Under the pieces are notes generated by a model. That model ran no database searches and was not told the DNA's origin. It worked only from the letters and a program-made list of their open reading frames with translations. A stretch of DNA of 64,000 nt from NCBI GenBank assembly GCA_002633005.1, contig NMRA01000072.1:733957-797956 (forward strand), given 5' to 3'. Within the stretch, counting starts at the first letter, position 1; the number at the start of each line of letters is the position of its first letter. Origin of the DNA: Phoronis australis (Eukaryota > Animalia > Phoronida). The position numbers and the translations under genes are program-made. Shown here piece after piece: positions 62,101-64,000 of the stretch.

Positions 62101-64000
62101 CGTAAAGGACAGTAACGCCGTACCTGCATGTAAGAACACAATTTTGTGACCTGACATTTGTGAGTATTTAACGCCGCAGATAAGAGCATGATCTAAACAT
62201 TTTCTCGATGATGTAAAAATCAATTTTGGCGCTTAAAAATGGTGGGAAAATTTTGCGACCTGGCATTTATGAATGAGAGCTGAATTTTAAAAATGCGACC
62301 TGGGATTCTAGCTACGTCGCAAACTACGACCGGGCGATTTACATAGCGTCGTGCCCTGATTTACTTGTCTGGTAAAATTCTCGGGAAACTATGGCCGACA
62401 CCATTGTACAAGTTTTATGGCGCAAGAACCGTGCTACGGAACGGATCTTCTTCTATAGCAGCTTTTCCCGCTAGGTTTTGTGTCTCCGTGAATCTTTGCT
62501 TTGGCGCTTGCCGACTGATATAGCCTTGAGCACGTTTTTCATTTTACTCAAGCGAACTGTTTAGTCAGAGGTGCAGTGGGCGTAATGTGAATGTGCGGTT
62601 CACGTTTTTCAGGTTATTATGCAATCACAAAATCTATTCAAACCGTGCTGATACATTGCCCTTCGGGATATGTTTACGTTATACACCACTAGAACGCTAT
62701 GTGCCATACCATCGGTTCAAGTCTCCTATGATAGCCGTAATAGTGGCAGGCACAAAGCAAGTGGCCGACAGTCGACAGGACATGTGTCTTCAGAGTTGAA
62801 CTGAAGGTAAGACATCGTGAATCTCAACACAAGAAAAGGAAAACGAAATGTCAGCTTTAGACAGCGACATAGCCGTATTTGGACTCATGTTTTTCATCAT
62901 GAATTTGATTTTGAACTATAACCTTAAAAATTCTTTTTTAATACTCCCGGCCTTGCGACACTACGTCCGACACTGGGTATACAAGTTTGCTTGGAGAAGG
63001 ATGATGTCGATTTATCGAATTTTAACCCGCCGCAAAAATCATTGAAAGGAATATCATTTGCTTATCAGAACTCATATTGAGTCCATTTTGGTCAGTTCTA
63101 GACTCATAAACATGTAAATCAGAAAGAAGGGGCCCTTGCCTTGTTGAATCACATCAGAAAACGCTATTTTGATTGTGAAGCGTGGGCTTCAGTGCCCAGT
63201 TGCATTGCATGAAGCAGTCCCAAATAGAGACTCGACTAAGTTTCCTAAATCTACTGCGGACATGTCGTGAAAACACAGATCGTCCTTTCTTATGCTGTTT
63301 GAGTCTCACTACCAAGTCAATTTTTGGCTTTGATACAAATCTAGAGTGAGCTGTTCGATCGTTGAATTCTCAATATAATTGAAAATAAGCAGGGATGTTT
63401 TCATGCAACGCATCTAATTTAAGGACTAAATCCTTACTTATTTTGACTGTATTTTAGTTATTAGAAGATGTCATAGGTCAAAGAAGAGCTTATAATAAAG
63501 ATAAATGATCGAAAAAAATATTACATCTGTCAGTAAAGAACGAACAAAATACGCAAACGATTTAGGAAACTTTTAAGTTTCCTCAATCGTTTAAAACTGA
63601 GACCCTATAGAAAGATTCCATTACGAAAACTGCCGAATTCCTGGGGAGCGCCATATTGAGGTCACGCCATTACAGGCATGCTAGACTAAACACTGGAGTC
63701 AGTACAGCCTGTCTGTAAAACAAGCCTTCTGAGCTGGTGTGCCAGCTGCTTGTGTTTTGTATTCCGTAGCAGATCAGCTGATTTGAAATCATTGATAGGG
63801 GGTGAAACATAAAGACAGTACAAATCACACAATACTGCAAAGTATATGGTTGCAATACCACCAAAAATGGGTACATCATATAGGCCTACGTATCTAAAGC
63901 ATTTGGGGCGCAGGGGTAGTGACAAATACATTAAAAAATCTGGATTTCTGAAATACCTTTTACCAGGAAGGGACCCAAAGACAAAGTTATGGCAGATAGA

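Overview
Intron-rich, AT-rich eukaryotic genomic DNA, most likely from an invertebrate animal (inference); there are no prokaryotic features, so most short ORFs in the supplied track are noise or exon fragments. Reading splice sites by hand gives three spliced genes. SART3/Prp24 is on the + strand (282-30732, 22 exons visible, one more probably lost in an assembly gap at 12622). MRPL44 is on the - strand (43866-33264, 10 exons, 335 aa). MRPL57/mL63 is on the + strand (44128-48407, 3 exons, 112 aa). The two mitoribosomal large-subunit genes sit head-to-head with only 261 bp between their ATGs. Introns and the gene-poor 3' part carry many transposon relics: hAT, Harbinger, Kolobok-like and Tc1/mariner MITEs, a Gypsy integrase fragment, an LTR with PBS, a CR1/L2 LINE, a Penelope-like inverted fragment with degenerate hammerhead cores, a 34-bp P-element-like footprint, and a 4.1-kb Academ-like element whose ~1.1-kb TIRs are built of ~300-bp tandem repeats. 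I see no clearly new biological system; the best leads are the shared mitoribosomal promoter and the transposon structures.
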